DNA of 63,972 nt, counting the filler, from Hyphochytrium catenoides (taxonomy: Eukaryota; Protista; Hyphochytriomycota), in NCBI GenBank assembly GCA_900088475.1. It is 10 parts of 10 records of this genome, joined end to end, with 100 filler letters (N's around TTAATTAATTAA, not from the genome) between each part and the next. Parts side by side here need not be neighbours in the genome. Positions count along the whole stretch, not along the records: positions 44,332 to 54,402 come from FLMG01002773.1; positions 54,503 to 56,096 come from FLMG01001556.1; positions 56,197 to 57,509 come from FLMG01004355.1; positions 57,610 to 59,663 come from FLMG01003242.1; positions 59,764 to 61,232 come from FLMG01003362.1; positions 61,333 to 62,493 come from FLMG01003261.1; 4 more parts are not named here. One strand, written 5' to 3'. Below the pieces are notes generated by a model. That model saw only the letters and a list, made by a program, of their open reading frames with translations. It had not been told where the DNA came from and did not search any database. Positions within the stretch are counted from its first letter, which is position 1. The number at the start of each line of letters is the position of its first letter. A program made the translations under genes and the position numbers. Below are positions 49,921 through 62,593 of the stretch, one piece after another.

Positions 49921-52900
49921 TTACTCTCTGGGCGAGACCAAGGCCTTCAAGTGGTAGAGCAGCTCAAGCGCTTCCTTAGGAGTCAGACTGTCGGGTTCAA
50001 CACCGCGCAGGAGGCCGAATACAGCTTCAGTGGCAGAGCGATGAGTTTCAGCTTGATCGGCCCCTTCCCCTTCTGCTGGATGCGGGCGTAGCTCCTCCAG
50101 TACTTCCGCTGCCCTGATCAGCACGCGGGCCGGGCAGCCCGCCAGCTCGGCCACATGCAGCCCGTAGGATCGCTCTGCTAGGCCCGGCACTGCGCTGTGC
50201 GTGAAGACAATACCACCCGCGTCGTCCACAACCTGCATTGTGTACGGCGCGATGGTTGGCAGCTGACGGGCCAGATCCCCAAGCTCAAGAAAGTGGGAAG
50301 CGAAGAGCGTTCGAACCTCCTCCCGCGCCAAGTGCTCAAGGACCTAACATTTTGAAGGAATCTATCAATGAGGGAAAGGCGCTAGAAGGATGATGGCACG
50401 AGACTCACCGCCCACGCGATGGCAAGTCCATCAAAGGTGCTGGTGCCGCGGCCGACCTCATCCATGAGCACGAGGGAGCGCGGCGTTGCCTGGTTGAGGA
50501 TTGTTGCAGTCTCCTGCATCTCTACCATGAAGGTGGATCGATCGCCGACCAGATCGTCAGAAGCCCCTACGCGGCTGCCAAAGAGAGATCTTAGAGAGCA
50601 CGGTAGGAAACTGAGGCACTGCTAGAGAGAGACTTGCAGGAGAAGGGCCAAGAGAGAGAAAGGCTGGAGAAGAAGCGGCATTTCCGCTGATAAGTACCTG
50701 AACAGGCGATCGACGATGCCGATCTCTGCAGATTCGGCCGGTACAAAAGCTCCCATCTGATAAAGCGTCATAGACAAAGAATGTTAGCTAATTCACATGA
50801 AAGAGGATAGCAAAGATGTTTAGTCGGCTTTTTGACCGCGCCATTCCACCTGTTACCTGTGCCATGATGACGAGATGTGCGTTCTGTCTAATAAAAGTAC
50901 TTTTGCCACCCTGACAACAGAAAGCCTGTTAGTGCCAAGGCTCAGAGTGGCGACTTCACCTTCTCCGTAGCCCAAAGTTGCTTTTTCTCTGACCCACGTT
51001 CTCTCTCTCTCTCTGTCTCTCTCTCTGTCTTTTTCTCGGTCGCTCTTTGCGCGACATCACGCCAGGAACATTCAGGTGCAGTCCCTCTCCATTTGCACCC
51101 ACTATCACGTATGTCGTTACCATGTTAGGCCCGGTCAACAGAATGCAGGACGTTCTCTGGTCTGCAGAGTCATTGAGCCGCAAATCATTCGGGACAAACT
51201 CCCGCAACCGAGGTCTGCTCTCTAAACTGCTCTCACGGCTTGCACCCCCACCTCTAGAGTGCGCCAAGGCCACCACAAGGTGCTTGCCTCCTCTGATGCA
51301 GAGCTTCCGACTGTAGTCGACGGTCGGCCGGATGAGGTCGAGCTCTAGAGCTGTCCGGCACATAAGTTAGCTTGGCTCTGTAAATGGAGGGGCGCAGGCA
51401 TCAAGGGACAGGGAGAGGCAGATTACCATTCTTAGTGTGGGACACTGCGACATCCACGCTCGCCAGAGCGCGAGCTATTGCGGCGATGCCAGGAGACTCG
51501 CTTAAAACACGCTGTCGCAGATCCTCAAAGATCTCTTTCTCTAGTCTTGCCACCTCCATAGCCGCGCGGTGAACCCGGCGCTCCAGGGAGATCAGATCAC
51601 TGGTCTTAAACCGTTGCGCGGCCTTTAGCGTCTGGCAGTGGAAGAACACGGAATCTTGCTGGAGGTGAGTCCCAGACGGAGTTAAGGCAATAAGCAAGGA
51701 AGCTGCACCAAGTACCTGGCACGGTATCCGCCTTCTTTCTGGGAACTTCCACAAAGAAGCCGAGCGCGTTATTGACCTTAATGCGCAAGGTTCCTATGCC
51801 CGTCAGCTCCCTGTAACGCTGCTGCAGCTCCTTCACGCTTTCTGGGCCCGTCTCCGCCGAGGTTTCACTCCAGTCCCTTCCGTCTTCTGTCTCTCCTGTT
51901 TCCATCTCTTCTCTCAAGTTACCCTGGCATGTATGGGACTGCGCAAAGAAAAGCTATTCACCTGCAGACATGGCGAGGCTGTGGAGCCGCCTCCACTCAT
52001 CCAGTTGCTCACTGTATCCTGTACGCACAAAGCCCCCGGCACCCACCACTGCGGGCGGGCCGTCAATTACAGCGCGTCGGATAAGTTCTGTCAGCCCTTT
52101 GATTCCTGAACTGCTATGGAGAGGCCGCCAGAAGGGCGTCAGGCCGCTTTTTGCTGCGATGTCTCCCTCCGCCGTCATTCCCTGCAGCAGCTGGTGAAGT
52201 TCCTCCGCAGCGTCCAGAGTCATTGCTGATGATAGACCGATAGATTAGTAGCGGAAATGAACCAAAAGGAGGCAATGGGGAACCGAACCGATTGCCCAGA
52301 GATCTCTAGGGCCCCCTCTGTCAAGTGAAAGCCGCTGGAGGCAGCGGTCCAGGTCTCGGCAGTTGCGAAGAAGCCGTCGAATGTCGGGTAAGAGGTGCTG
52401 GTGCCGTAGAAGGGTGCTCACAGCGTCCTGTCGGCCCTTAATCCGCTTCACATCGGTCAGAGGAGCAGATAGATGGCTCTGCGAGTGCGGGCAGTGGTAT
52501 CAGCGGAGATTTCCGAGAGTTGCGATGCCGGATCCCCCGAGTGGAGCCAAAACGCCAGTGTGAGTGGGGACTTCTCAATGAAAGAGTCAAGGAGCTTACA
52601 GCTAGCATCCGTGCCCCAGCTGCCGTCACGGTCTGGTCAAGCGCTCCGATGAGCGTCCCGGCGCGATCTCCATTCACGTCCTAGAACTGCGGTGAGCACC
52701 TCCGTTCCCTTCTTCTGAACTCTGTCCTGTGATAGGCTCACCTCGATCAACTCCAGGGAACGCCTGGTTGTCCTATCGATTTGGAGGTTTTGAGAGGAAG
52801 TGAAGCGCCTTGGGAAGCGCAGGTGCGGGAGCTTTCCCTTCTGCGTGTGTTGGACGTAAGCAAGGATCGCACTGACGGCTGCCATCTCGGCCGCAGAGAT

Positions 52901-53910
52901 CTCCGCCGCCCGAGCGTCCCAAGAGGAACCGGCGAAGCCCCACGGTGTGTCCTGTGCATCCTCATCCTCTCTGTCCTGAGCGTGAACGCTCCGGACTTCA
53001 AAGATCTGTTGCAGCTGAGGAGCGCAAGCATCAGAACAAAGAGCCACACATCGTAATGAGCAAGATAATCCTTAGCAAAGTCAAAAACATAAAGAGAGAG
53101 AAGAGGCGAGTCAGAACGGTAACGGGTGCCAGACCCTCAAAGGACCACTAACTAGTGATATGCATGAGAGGCTGTTAGAGAGGAGTAGTCTAGCTGATAT
53201 CAGGGATTAGAGGAGAAAGTAGGTGGAGATAGACACCGTGGCTAAAGAAGCCGTAGCAACGCGAGGGCAAGGAAAAGAGAGAGGAAGGTGGAAGCGACTG
53301 CAGCAAAGAGAGTGCGCCTCTACCCATTGTCGGCCTTGCTCAGAGGCGAACTGCTTGTGTCCCCAGGGAGTAAGCGTACAGCCCACGCTGTTGCAGCGAG
53401 CGGGGGAGTAATTGCCCAGCGCTGCAGAAAGACTTTCCTGTCCATCCGCGGGGAGAAGAAGCTCTCTGGGTGAGCATCGCGCCAGGTCTCCCTCGAGGTG
53501 CGAAGTGTCGGACGGCGCGGTGTAGAAGTCACCCGTTGAAATGTCCAGCCAGGCCAGTCCTACTGGGCGCACTTGCCCACCTGTAGAAACAGCATCTATC
53601 GTTACTCCTTTAGGGTGGCGGGAGAGAGAGGGAGGGAGAGAGAGAAAGAGAGAGACAAAGATGTCTGGGTTGATTGGTTGGAAAGCTGAGGAGAATGAGC
53701 ACCTACGGCGCTAGACAGAGGAGGTGACGACTTACCTTCTCCAAGGCCTTGTTCTGTTGCTCCTTCCGCCGGCGCGACGGCGGCAAGGAAGTTGTGCCTG
53801 CCTGGAGTGAGGAAAATGTCCTCACTCAGAGTTCCCGGCGTCACCAGCCGTACGACCTCTCGGCGAAGAATGGATGTTCTAGAACCTCGACGCTTCGCCT
53901 CATGAGGCGT
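49921..53910 (-). CDS. mutS: DNA mismatch repair protein MutS1, bacterial-type, intron-containing, N-terminus lost at linker
   Basis: [17 protein letters not shown]...HNFLAAV; [12 protein letters not shown]; [11 protein letters not shown]; [19 protein letters not shown]; Walker A LTGPNM|GGKSTFIRQ; [19 protein letters not shown]; Walker [17 protein letters not shown]; TLFASHF; [11 protein letters not shown]; C-terminal [17 protein letters not shown]. Confidence 0.95.
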
Positions 53911-53946
53911 CTGCAATAGAAGAATGAAAACAGCATAAGGAGGAGT

Positions 53947-54015
<69 letters not shown>

Positions 54016-54502
54016 TAAGAGAGTGTGAGAGAGAAAAAGAGCGAGAGCGCTACCGGAGACGGATAAAACCAGGAAGGAGGAAAGGCGGCAGTGCCTTGTT
54101 GAAAAAAGAGGGAGTGCTTAGGAACTGGATACCTCAATCTGCTCGCAGATAGCCACAAGGAGACGGTGCTGAAGGACCTGCAGGCGGCGTGACGAAGGGA
54201 GGAGAGGAGAGCGGAAAGCAGAAGAGATGGGGGTCAAAGGAGAGACCTCCCTAAAGACTGACAGGGAGTGCGAAGAGAGTTAAAAGAGCTAAGGAGGGAG
54301 AACTGATATGGAAAAAAGGACGGGACAGTTGAGGACAGGCCACCGTAATGGGAGAGGAAAGGCAATAAGGGGGAGAGAGAGAGAAAGAAAGAGAGAGAGA
54401 GANNNNNNNNNNNNNNNNNNNNNNNNNNNNNNNNNNNNNNNNNNNNTTAATTAATTAANNNNNNNNNNNNNNNNNNNNNNNNNNNNNNNNNNNNNNNNNN
54501 NN

Positions 54503-56096
54503 GGCGGCGGGGAACCAGTTCCCATAACCCGTGCTGCTCCATGGAGTGTAGCTCGCTGGAGATTGCCTCTTGCCACTCCACTGCCTGAGGAGCGGCCAAC
54601 ATCCAACAGATTGAGACTTCCCGGTCGCATCCAGAGCGAGTCCTGCTGGGAGTACCGCTGTGCCAAGAATGTGTGGGGTACAGAGCTGAGATCAGGTGTT
54701 TCACCACAGTCCTCATAGTCGTCGACTTCCAAGCTTGTATCTGCGTCTGCTGCGGTTGCAGGGTCTGATGCCTCCGAACCGAGGATTTGTCATCCGAGTC
54801 TTCAGAGTACTGTTCACTGTTTGAATAATCACTGCGTTCGGAGTCTTGGACTTGATCACTTGCTTGGTGTGTTCCTAAAGAAGAATGAATTTTGGGATCT
54901 TCTTCCTGGGATTGATTCCCCACGGTATTCCCTGGGACACCATTTGGGTCGGGGTTGTCAGAGTTCTCCCTAAGCTCCTCAAAATATCATGCAGCATTGA
55001 GTCGCTCTCAGTAGACCCAGCGTGATCCGTCCCACTCGCTGCGGTTGGTTCATCAAAGACAACATCTCGACGCTCGATGACAGTCTGAGTCCTAAAATCG
55101 TATAGGCGATATGCTTTTGAGTGAGAACCATAACCCACGAGAGCGTATTTCTTCGCCTTCGGATCCAGCTTGCGGCGGTCCCGCTTTGGGACAAGACCAA
55201 ACGAGACACAGCCGAAAACGCGAAGATATCCAATATCTGGCGGGTTACCAAACCACTTCTCATGCGGTGTCAGTCCATCTAAAGCAGATGTAGGGGACTT
55301 GTTGCTGATGTGGACTGCCGTCTTCAGTGCTTCCGCCCACAAGTTGTGCGGAAGTCCTGAAGCGAGGAGCATGCATCGAGCTGTTTCCACCAGAGTTCGC
55401 TGTCTGCGCTCTGCTACACCATTTTGTGACGGAGAGTATGGGGCTGAAAGTTCATGAATGACTTCCCTGTCCTCACAGAAAGTCTTCATCTCCGCGGAGC
55501 AGTACTCGCCGCCTCTGTCACGCCGAAGTTTCTTCAGACGGAAACCAGTTTGAAGTCGCTTTAGGCGTAGACCAGTCTGTATTTCAGCCATCTGGACGAA
55601 CCCTCGCAGCGCCGCCATAACTTCACCTTTCGTCTTCAAACAGTACAAGAAGACTCTACGAGAGTAGTCATCGACAAACACAACATAGTAGCGATAACCT
55701 TCCAAGCTGGGCACGTTGACAACCCCAACGTCGGTGTGTACAGGCTCCAGTAATTGAGTAGTTTGTCCACTGGCTTTCTTCGGGAACCGCTGTTTGGTAA
55801 GTTTTTCGATCGCACAGTCTCGACAGAAGTCCATTTGAGAGTTGCTTGAGAGTCGAATGCCCTTGGCGGACTTAGCCAGTAGACGGACATCCGATACGTT
55901 AAGATGTCCTAAGCGTCTGTGCCACAGAGTCATGGACTTCTGGGAGACTCCCTTTGTGGGTTGATCGGTAGAAGTGGTGCATAAGGAGTGTCGTCTTTCT
56001 GGTGCACAGGCTCTATGGTAGTGCCAGTGGCATAGAAGAGGTTGCCAATCTGTGTACCAATATGTGTAAAAGGCGGGTCGCTGGAGTACTTCCACC
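54503..56096 (-). mobile_element. Ty1/copia LTR retrotransposon pol fragment (GAG-pre-integrase, integrase, SH3-like region, start of RT), frameshifted
   Basis: WHRRLGHLN...CRDC; VHTDV, FVDDYSR, RRDRGGEY, SPSQNGVAER (DDE integrase); LRVFGC...KLDPKA..LVGY; then WQEAISSELHSMEQHGLWELVPR in another frame. Integrase-before-RT order is diagnostic of copia. Bounded by linkers, so no LTRs are visible. Confidence 0.95.
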
Positions 56097-56415
56097 NNNN
56101 NNNNNNNNNNNNNNNNNNNNNNNNNNNNNNNNNNNNNNNNTTAATTAATTAANNNNNNNNNNNNNNNNNNNNNNNNNNNNNNNNNNNNNNNNNNNNCCCA
56201 TGGGTCATACCCATACTGACACACATTGAGTTGGAAGGCATCTCAGAGCCCTTTTACCCTAGGTTTACTGGAGTCACCTACTAAGGATTTTTAAGCTTAT
56301 TAAATAAGTCCTTAAGTAAGCTTAGAAATTGCCAACACTGATGTCCCCAGTAAATAAGGCTCTCGACCTCTGGTGATAGAACTCGAGGATGTGATTTACC
56401 AAGAATTTGCACTTA

Positions 56416-56437
56416 TTAGGGTTAGGCCTAACCCTAA
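56416..56437. repeat. Perfect 22-bp palindrome of telomere-type repeats
   Basis: TTAGGGTTAGG-CCTAACCCTAA is its own reverse complement. Confidence 0.85.
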
Positions 56438-56801
56438 CTCTACTGTTTTACTTTTTTTTTTCCACGACTACAACAACAACCGCGAACAAGCGATGGGACT
56501 ACTGACAAACTAAAAAAGACGGAGGCATTGATTGCTTATTTACAGTGCGGTTATGTTTTGTGGCATGGGATAGAGATGGATGCCGGCCTGGCCTTCGGCA
56601 AGCTTTAGTGCGCAGTTCTGGAACTGGCCATAGACTCACTATCACGACGAGAGGAACAGCAGAAGCTTCGGCACAGTCTCCCCCTGCACACCAGTGTGCA
56701 TTTCTCCATAGTTCTGAACTTAATAAGTAATGGCAGTTATACTGCATGATGGCGCATTTGGAGCCCCTCTCTCTCTGTTTCTCTCCCTCTCTCTCTGTTT
56801 C

Positions 56802-56843
<42 letters not shown>

Positions 56844-56936
56844 TCTCTGTCTCTCTCACTCTCTCTCCTTNNNNNNNNNNNNNNNNNNNNNNNNNNNNNN
56901 NNNNNNNNNNNNNNNNNNNNNNNNNNNNNNNNNNNN

Positions 56937-57365
56937 GAGGCATCTTTCGACTACTGACAATGACCGCGATTCTTGCTACTTGCTAATAGAGCTGTCTTAG
57001 TGTTAGAGCTCTAGGAATAACAAGGACCTATGAATAAGCTTCTTGTTCACCAGTAGGAGGGTACTGTACAATCAGATGCAAACCCGCTCCTTCTCTCTCT
57101 CCTATATATAAATATATATCCTTCTTCTCTCTCTCTCTCTCTCTCTCTCTNNNNNNNNNNNNNNNNNNNNNNNNNNNNNNNNNNNNNNNNNNNNNNTCTT
57201 TCTCTTTCTCTTTCCTTACCGAAAGGGGCAGCTAAACAGAGGCATCTCTACACTACTGACAATGATTGCCAATCTAGCTACCTGCTAATAGTAGGAGGTG
57301 CTAGAACGACCTATGATACACTTTCTGTTCACCAGAAGAAAGGTACGAATGCAAACCCGCTCTTT
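56937..57365. repeat. Diverged direct repeat pair (~125-150 bp) separated by (CT)n and a gap
   Basis: GAGGCATCT..CTACTGACAATGA..GCTAATAG..GACCTATGA..TGTTCACCAG..ATGCAAACCCGCTC at ~56938-57089 and ~57239-57362. Confidence 0.75.
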
Positions 57366-58256
57366 CTGTCTCTCTCTCTCTTTTTCTTTCTCTCTCTCTC
57401 TCTCATCGCTCCCTCTCTTGTCATCTCTTCTCGAGCTCTACTACTCTCCTGCACTCCTTCATGACTCTTATTATGTGCCGCATTGTTAACCTTTCTCTCT
57501 CCGTCCCGGNNNNNNNNNNNNNNNNNNNNNNNNNNNNNNNNNNNNNNNNNNNNTTAATTAATTAANNNNNNNNNNNNNNNNNNNNNNNNNNNNNNNNNNN
57601 NNNNNNNNNTCAGGGCATCCCGCGATGAGAGCAGAGCATTGAGAACAACTGCATAGATGGTGAAGGGAGTTTAGGCCCGAAAGGAACTGCTGACGGGCGA
57701 TGTGCCGTTCAATAGATCCACAAAGATAGGAGGAGGGCTTGCAGGTACATCGTAATGATACTGCGCAGGCGGTGCCAATGGACGCTCTTCGTCATCTATC
57801 CTCTCTGTTAGTGAAGAGACAACGTTGTTGACGGCTCCTCCTGTGGTCTTCTCGCTAGAATGAGAAGACAGTTATGGTGGATGACGGGTCAATCACTTTG
57901 ATGCCAAGAAGTGCTGAGTGCGGGAGAACTGTATGACGTAGATCAATGCGAAGGCGTGGTATTACGCGGCAGAGAGAGTCTCTTTAGGATGAGCAGCGCT
58001 AAGGAGGAGGGAGTAGGAGTCGTGAACAAACAGATTTGTTCCGGTCATTGGCAGTGATTGCTTATGATGCAGCCGTCTTCTTAAAGGGCTCATCGTTTCA
58101 ACAAGGACTCATCATGGCATAGGTCTCAGAGCCTGTTAGCTAAGAGGGTTACATTGATCTGCACCGTACTATCCTGCGACTATTCCTCGGAGCAACAGAC
58201 CAAGACATTGCCAAGGGATTGACGACATCATCTTGGGCTTTCTACAGGGCCGCATC

Positions 58257-59663
58257 ATGCTGTCGTCCACCAGTAGTCCAGCCGCGGACGCAAAAGCAAA
58301 GAAGATTCAAGTCCTTCCATTGGAGATAAAGCCCGTGTCTCAGTCAACTAGGAACCCCACCACGCGGTCACTCTCTGTCGCACAGCCTCCCTCTTCCCCT
58401 GCGGCAGCCAGCAGCGGTGGCAATGTCCCAGTCTCACCACAAGCGCGGCCCTCCTCTCACTCTTTACAGAGCATGGAGAGTGCATCCTCCTCCTTTGTCT
58501 CCGACTTCATCTTCAGATCGGACAGGCGGCGGCAGCTGCACATTTACCCAGTCATTCGTTCCATCCAAGTCAAGCACCGCGATCTCATCATCTTCAGGCT
58601 TCTTGGACCTCAGAATCGGACAGCAAGGGCCTTTGAAGAGATTACACGGTGAGGTTCTACAGCTCTCTTCTCTTCTCTTTTGAGGTTCTTAAAGGACCGG
58701 GTATAGAAGATCAACTCTTCTCTTCCCCCTCTCTTCCGCAGTGTCGTTTCTCTCAGACGTCCTTACTTTTTCTGTCTTTATGTTATGGAATGTTCGGTCT
58801 TTCTCTCTCTTTTTCTATAATCTAGTTCTCCTCCCCTGCCGCCGAGCCTCGCTCTCTAACTCACACGACTCTTGAGACAGGAATGTCTGGGTACTACGGA
58901 TCCTGGTTGGCCTCTATGTCTTTTGCAATCTGAGCATGGTCTGGTACATGCTCCTAGAGATGGGACTGGGAGAAACACTGGGCTATGCCGAGAATGGGCG
59001 CTATGCTTTCAGCTTAATTATTAGCCTCTTGGGCTCAGCGACAGTGATCGTGGTGCTCCTTGCACTCAACGCCTCTCTCGTGCTCCTTCACTTGCAGGAC
59101 TTTGAGTTCGTCTTCACGCTGATGGCCTTTATCGCCTTTATGACCATCTACGCCGCATACTTCACCTATCTGGAGGGCGCGCACAACCTGCACTGCGTCT
59201 TTATCCCTCTTCTATTTTTTGGGAGCCTGATGGCTTTCTTAGTAGACGCAGCGCCAATCGCACGCCGTCGTTATGTGCTGCTGATGACCCGCTTCAATGC
59301 CCTCACAACCTTCTTCGTCGTGGTTGTCTGGGGGACAGTGATGCCTAGTCTGAGTGTCAAAGAGATGGTTGGAGAAGGGCAGTTGACAAACTTCGGCATG
59401 CACAATGTGATCGATGCAGGAATAGCTATTTCTGCTGCTCCGCTTGTCATCCTCGTACGTGTCACTCTGTTCTCTTTCGACAAGGGAGCAGAGCAATGCC
59501 TATTCCTTGCGACCGATATCCAGCAAAGGGAGTATCTTGAGCGCTTTATGTCAGGAGGCAAGCTAATAGACTGGCAAGAGGTCCAGCCAGGAAGAATCGT
59601 AGGGAAAAGGAACGCTACCAGCAGCAAGACTGCTAGTACCAAGAAGCCACAGCTAAGCAAGGC
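58257..59663 (+). CDS. Uncharacterised multi-pass membrane protein, 3'-truncated at linker
   Basis: Ser/Pro-rich first exon (~58257-58648, GTGAG donor), then a long open exon ~58881-59663 with about six hydrophobic helices. Confidence 0.65.
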
Positions 59664-60835
59664 NNNNNNNNNNNNNNNNNNNNNNNNNNNNNNNNNNNNN
59701 NNNNNNNTTAATTAATTAANNNNNNNNNNNNNNNNNNNNNNNNNNNNNNNNNNNNNNNNNNNNGCGTTATTTTACTTAGTCACTTTATCAGTCATCAATG
59801 ATGTCTTCCACGGAGGTTATCACGATCGAAGCAGCAGGAGGAGGAATCTCAACTCTCTTTTCTACCTTTATGACAGCTGAAGGAGGAGAATAATCCCTTT
59901 CTGTTCTTAGATGCTACCTTCATGCGTGGCCAGTGAGGAAAAGAGAGAGAGAGAGAAAGAGCACATCTTCTGTTGAGTCACATTCTTCCTTTCGAATTCC
60001 CAAGAAGATACTTCTGCTAGTTTGAAAGTTGCCCAGCCGAACCCCTAGAGACAGTGAAGGGGATGCGACTAGAGATAGAGAGAAAGAAGCTATCCAGAGA
60101 GAGGAAAAAAAGAAGACCAAGTGCCAGAGAAGAGACCATCACCAGATCTTCAGAAAAGAGTCAAAAAGAAGTTTGCAATGAAGACTTTATAAAGTTCTTT
60201 CTTACGACGCGTGTGAGAAGCGAAGAAGAGGAGAAGTCATCAGATGAAGCTTTGTAAAGAGACCATTCGATGACTGATAAAGGATGTCTTCTCTACGTTG
60301 TGAAGGGAGTTAGGGACGAGGAGCCTAAGAAGAAGAATGATGTACAAAGGTGAGAGAAAGGCCCCTGATGAGAGGGTAAAAGTGACGAGAGAAAAGGAAA
60401 AGAGAGAGAGAGAGAGAGACAGAGAGAGAGAGAGAGGCTCCTTCGGCCCTTCCGGGATTGCACTATCAATGACTAAGAGGGCGTGAGAACGAACAAGAGC
60501 GGCCCGAGTGGAAGAAGGAGAGAGCACAAGTAGACGTGTAGAGTGTTACAGAATAAGAAGAGTGAAGGAAGACTGAAAGGCAAGGGCCCGATACAGAATG
60601 GTATGCGAGAGAGAGATGGAAAGGAAGAGAGAGAGGGGAAGGCAAAAGAGAGAAATGAAGAAGAGAGACAGCGGAGAAAAGGCAGACCGAAAGAGAGAGA
60701 GAAAGCGGAGAGAGACAGGGGGTTGTGAGAAAAGTGAGAGGAGAGAGAGTGAGTGAGAGAGTTAGAGAGAGAGTCGGAGAGAGAGAAAGAGAGAGAAAAA
60801 GAGAAGAGAGAGAGAGAGAGAGANNNNNNNNNNNN

Positions 60836-60870
<35 letters not shown>

Positions 60871-61340
60871 AGGGCACCTCTTTACTCTAACACATTGTTT
60901 GGAGAAAGAAACGGTCAAAAGGAGCTCGAATCAGCGGGCACAAACACAACTCCAATGCGATGGCTTAGTAATAACGGTCCCTTGACCCTCAACCCATATC
61001 TCCTCCAGCCTTTAGTGCTCCTTCGCTGTAGTAGTATGACCAGCTCCAGCGTTGTGTGTGAGAGCGGGCCGTTACTCTGCGGCGAAGGATGAGGAAGGAG
61101 AATGATCCTTGACTAGTCTTCCAGCGGGAAGGAGAACCAGAGGCGGTTTACCTTTAGGTTGCGGCCGTTGATGGTCTGATGTCTCTCTCTTTCTTCCTTC
61201 CCTAGTGCTCTGTCCGTGTTCTCTCTCTCTCTNNNNNNNNNNNNNNNNNNNNNNNNNNNNNNNNNNNNNNNNNNNNTTAATTAATTAANNNNNNNNNNNN
61301 NNNNNNNNNNNNNNNNNNNNNNNNNNNNNNNNTCTCTCTT

Positions 61341-61371
<31 letters not shown>

Positions 61372-62593
61372 GTCTCTCTCTCTTTGTCACTCTCTCTCTC
61401 TCTGCCTCTCTCTTTCTTCCCATATACGTACCATAAATACATGACGTAGCGTCTTCTTTCTTCATTGATATTTGTTATCCACTTCTTGCTCCAAGCATTC
61501 CCTCTCTTCCTTCCGTCTCTCTCATGCTCTCACTCTGTCCTTTGTCCTTCTACTAGACAATCTCTCCATATATATTAATCTTATACTCTCCAAGAACGGA
61601 TATTCAATTTATGTACCTCTTCTCTCCCTGTGGTTCTGTCGCCCGATTTTGAGTCACAGCCTTCTTCTTTTTTTCAGCCTACTTTTCCACCCTTTCCCAG
61701 CTAAACTCCCAAGCGTACCTAACGTCAATATTCGCCTCTAACCTCATCATTTCTCTCTGCAGCGGCTTCCGATATAGCGCTCTTTTAGTCTGCTCTCCTA
61801 TCATGTACAGGTTCTTAGTGCTACTATCATTCCTTAGTCTCCTTCATCTCTGAAAGAGCACAACTCTCAGCCTCATCTGCAATTTACATCGTCGATAGTA
61901 AAGTTTATCTCTGACTAGCTTTACTCGGGTAATCAAGAGTTGCGAGAAAGAATTTCATGGACAGACTCAGAGACTGAAGAGCGAGAGCAGCAAACAGAAA
62001 GCTCTGCAACTAGGAACCTGTTGCAAGCTGAAAAGCTGAGGCGAAGGAAAGCGGTAGCGACAGGAAGGCAAAAGGATCAGGGGGTAATAGTTTACGTAGC
62101 CGAGGGGCACGGAGGGAGCAGCTCTTCCGGCGTTATGGGCTGATACCATGCTGACGATGTCTGATAGGCATATTAAGTATTTCGTCGTACCTACCGTTGG
62201 TCCCAACGCATTACTTCCCGCAGCGTTTTCCGAGTCTCTTTCTTTACACCGCTTTCGAAGCAACGAGGTGATGTTTTTCCGAGAACCTCTTCCTTCTTGA
62301 ACTGATGATCGCTTTATATTTCAGCTCGTATAGCTATAGTGCCCTGCTTTTCAGGCTATCCCTCAAATCTGCGTCCTCTCTTTTTTCATCAAAAGATTTG
62401 CCTGGAGCTTATTAGCCTCTTCGGTCAATGAACGTGCATCCGAGAAGAAGGAGGGGGATGAAAGGAGGGAGAAAAGCTTCGCAGAGACATCTTNNNNNNN
62501 NNNNNNNNNNNNNNNNNNNNNNNNNNNNNNNNNNNNNTTAATTAATTAANNNNNNNNNNNNNNNNNNNNNNNNNNNNNNNNNNNNNNNNNNNN

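Noticed and set aside
60960-61140. PQSNG integrase-like word on the minus strand
   Set aside because: No surrounding DDE motifs; likely chance.
20647-62549. Recurrent TTAATTAATTAA motif and ORFs ending in ...LIN
   Set aside because: Artificial linker inside N runs. Gene adjacency across linkers (e.g. copia next to MutS, or zinc ribbon next to the TOM1-like gene) is not reliable evidence of linkage.
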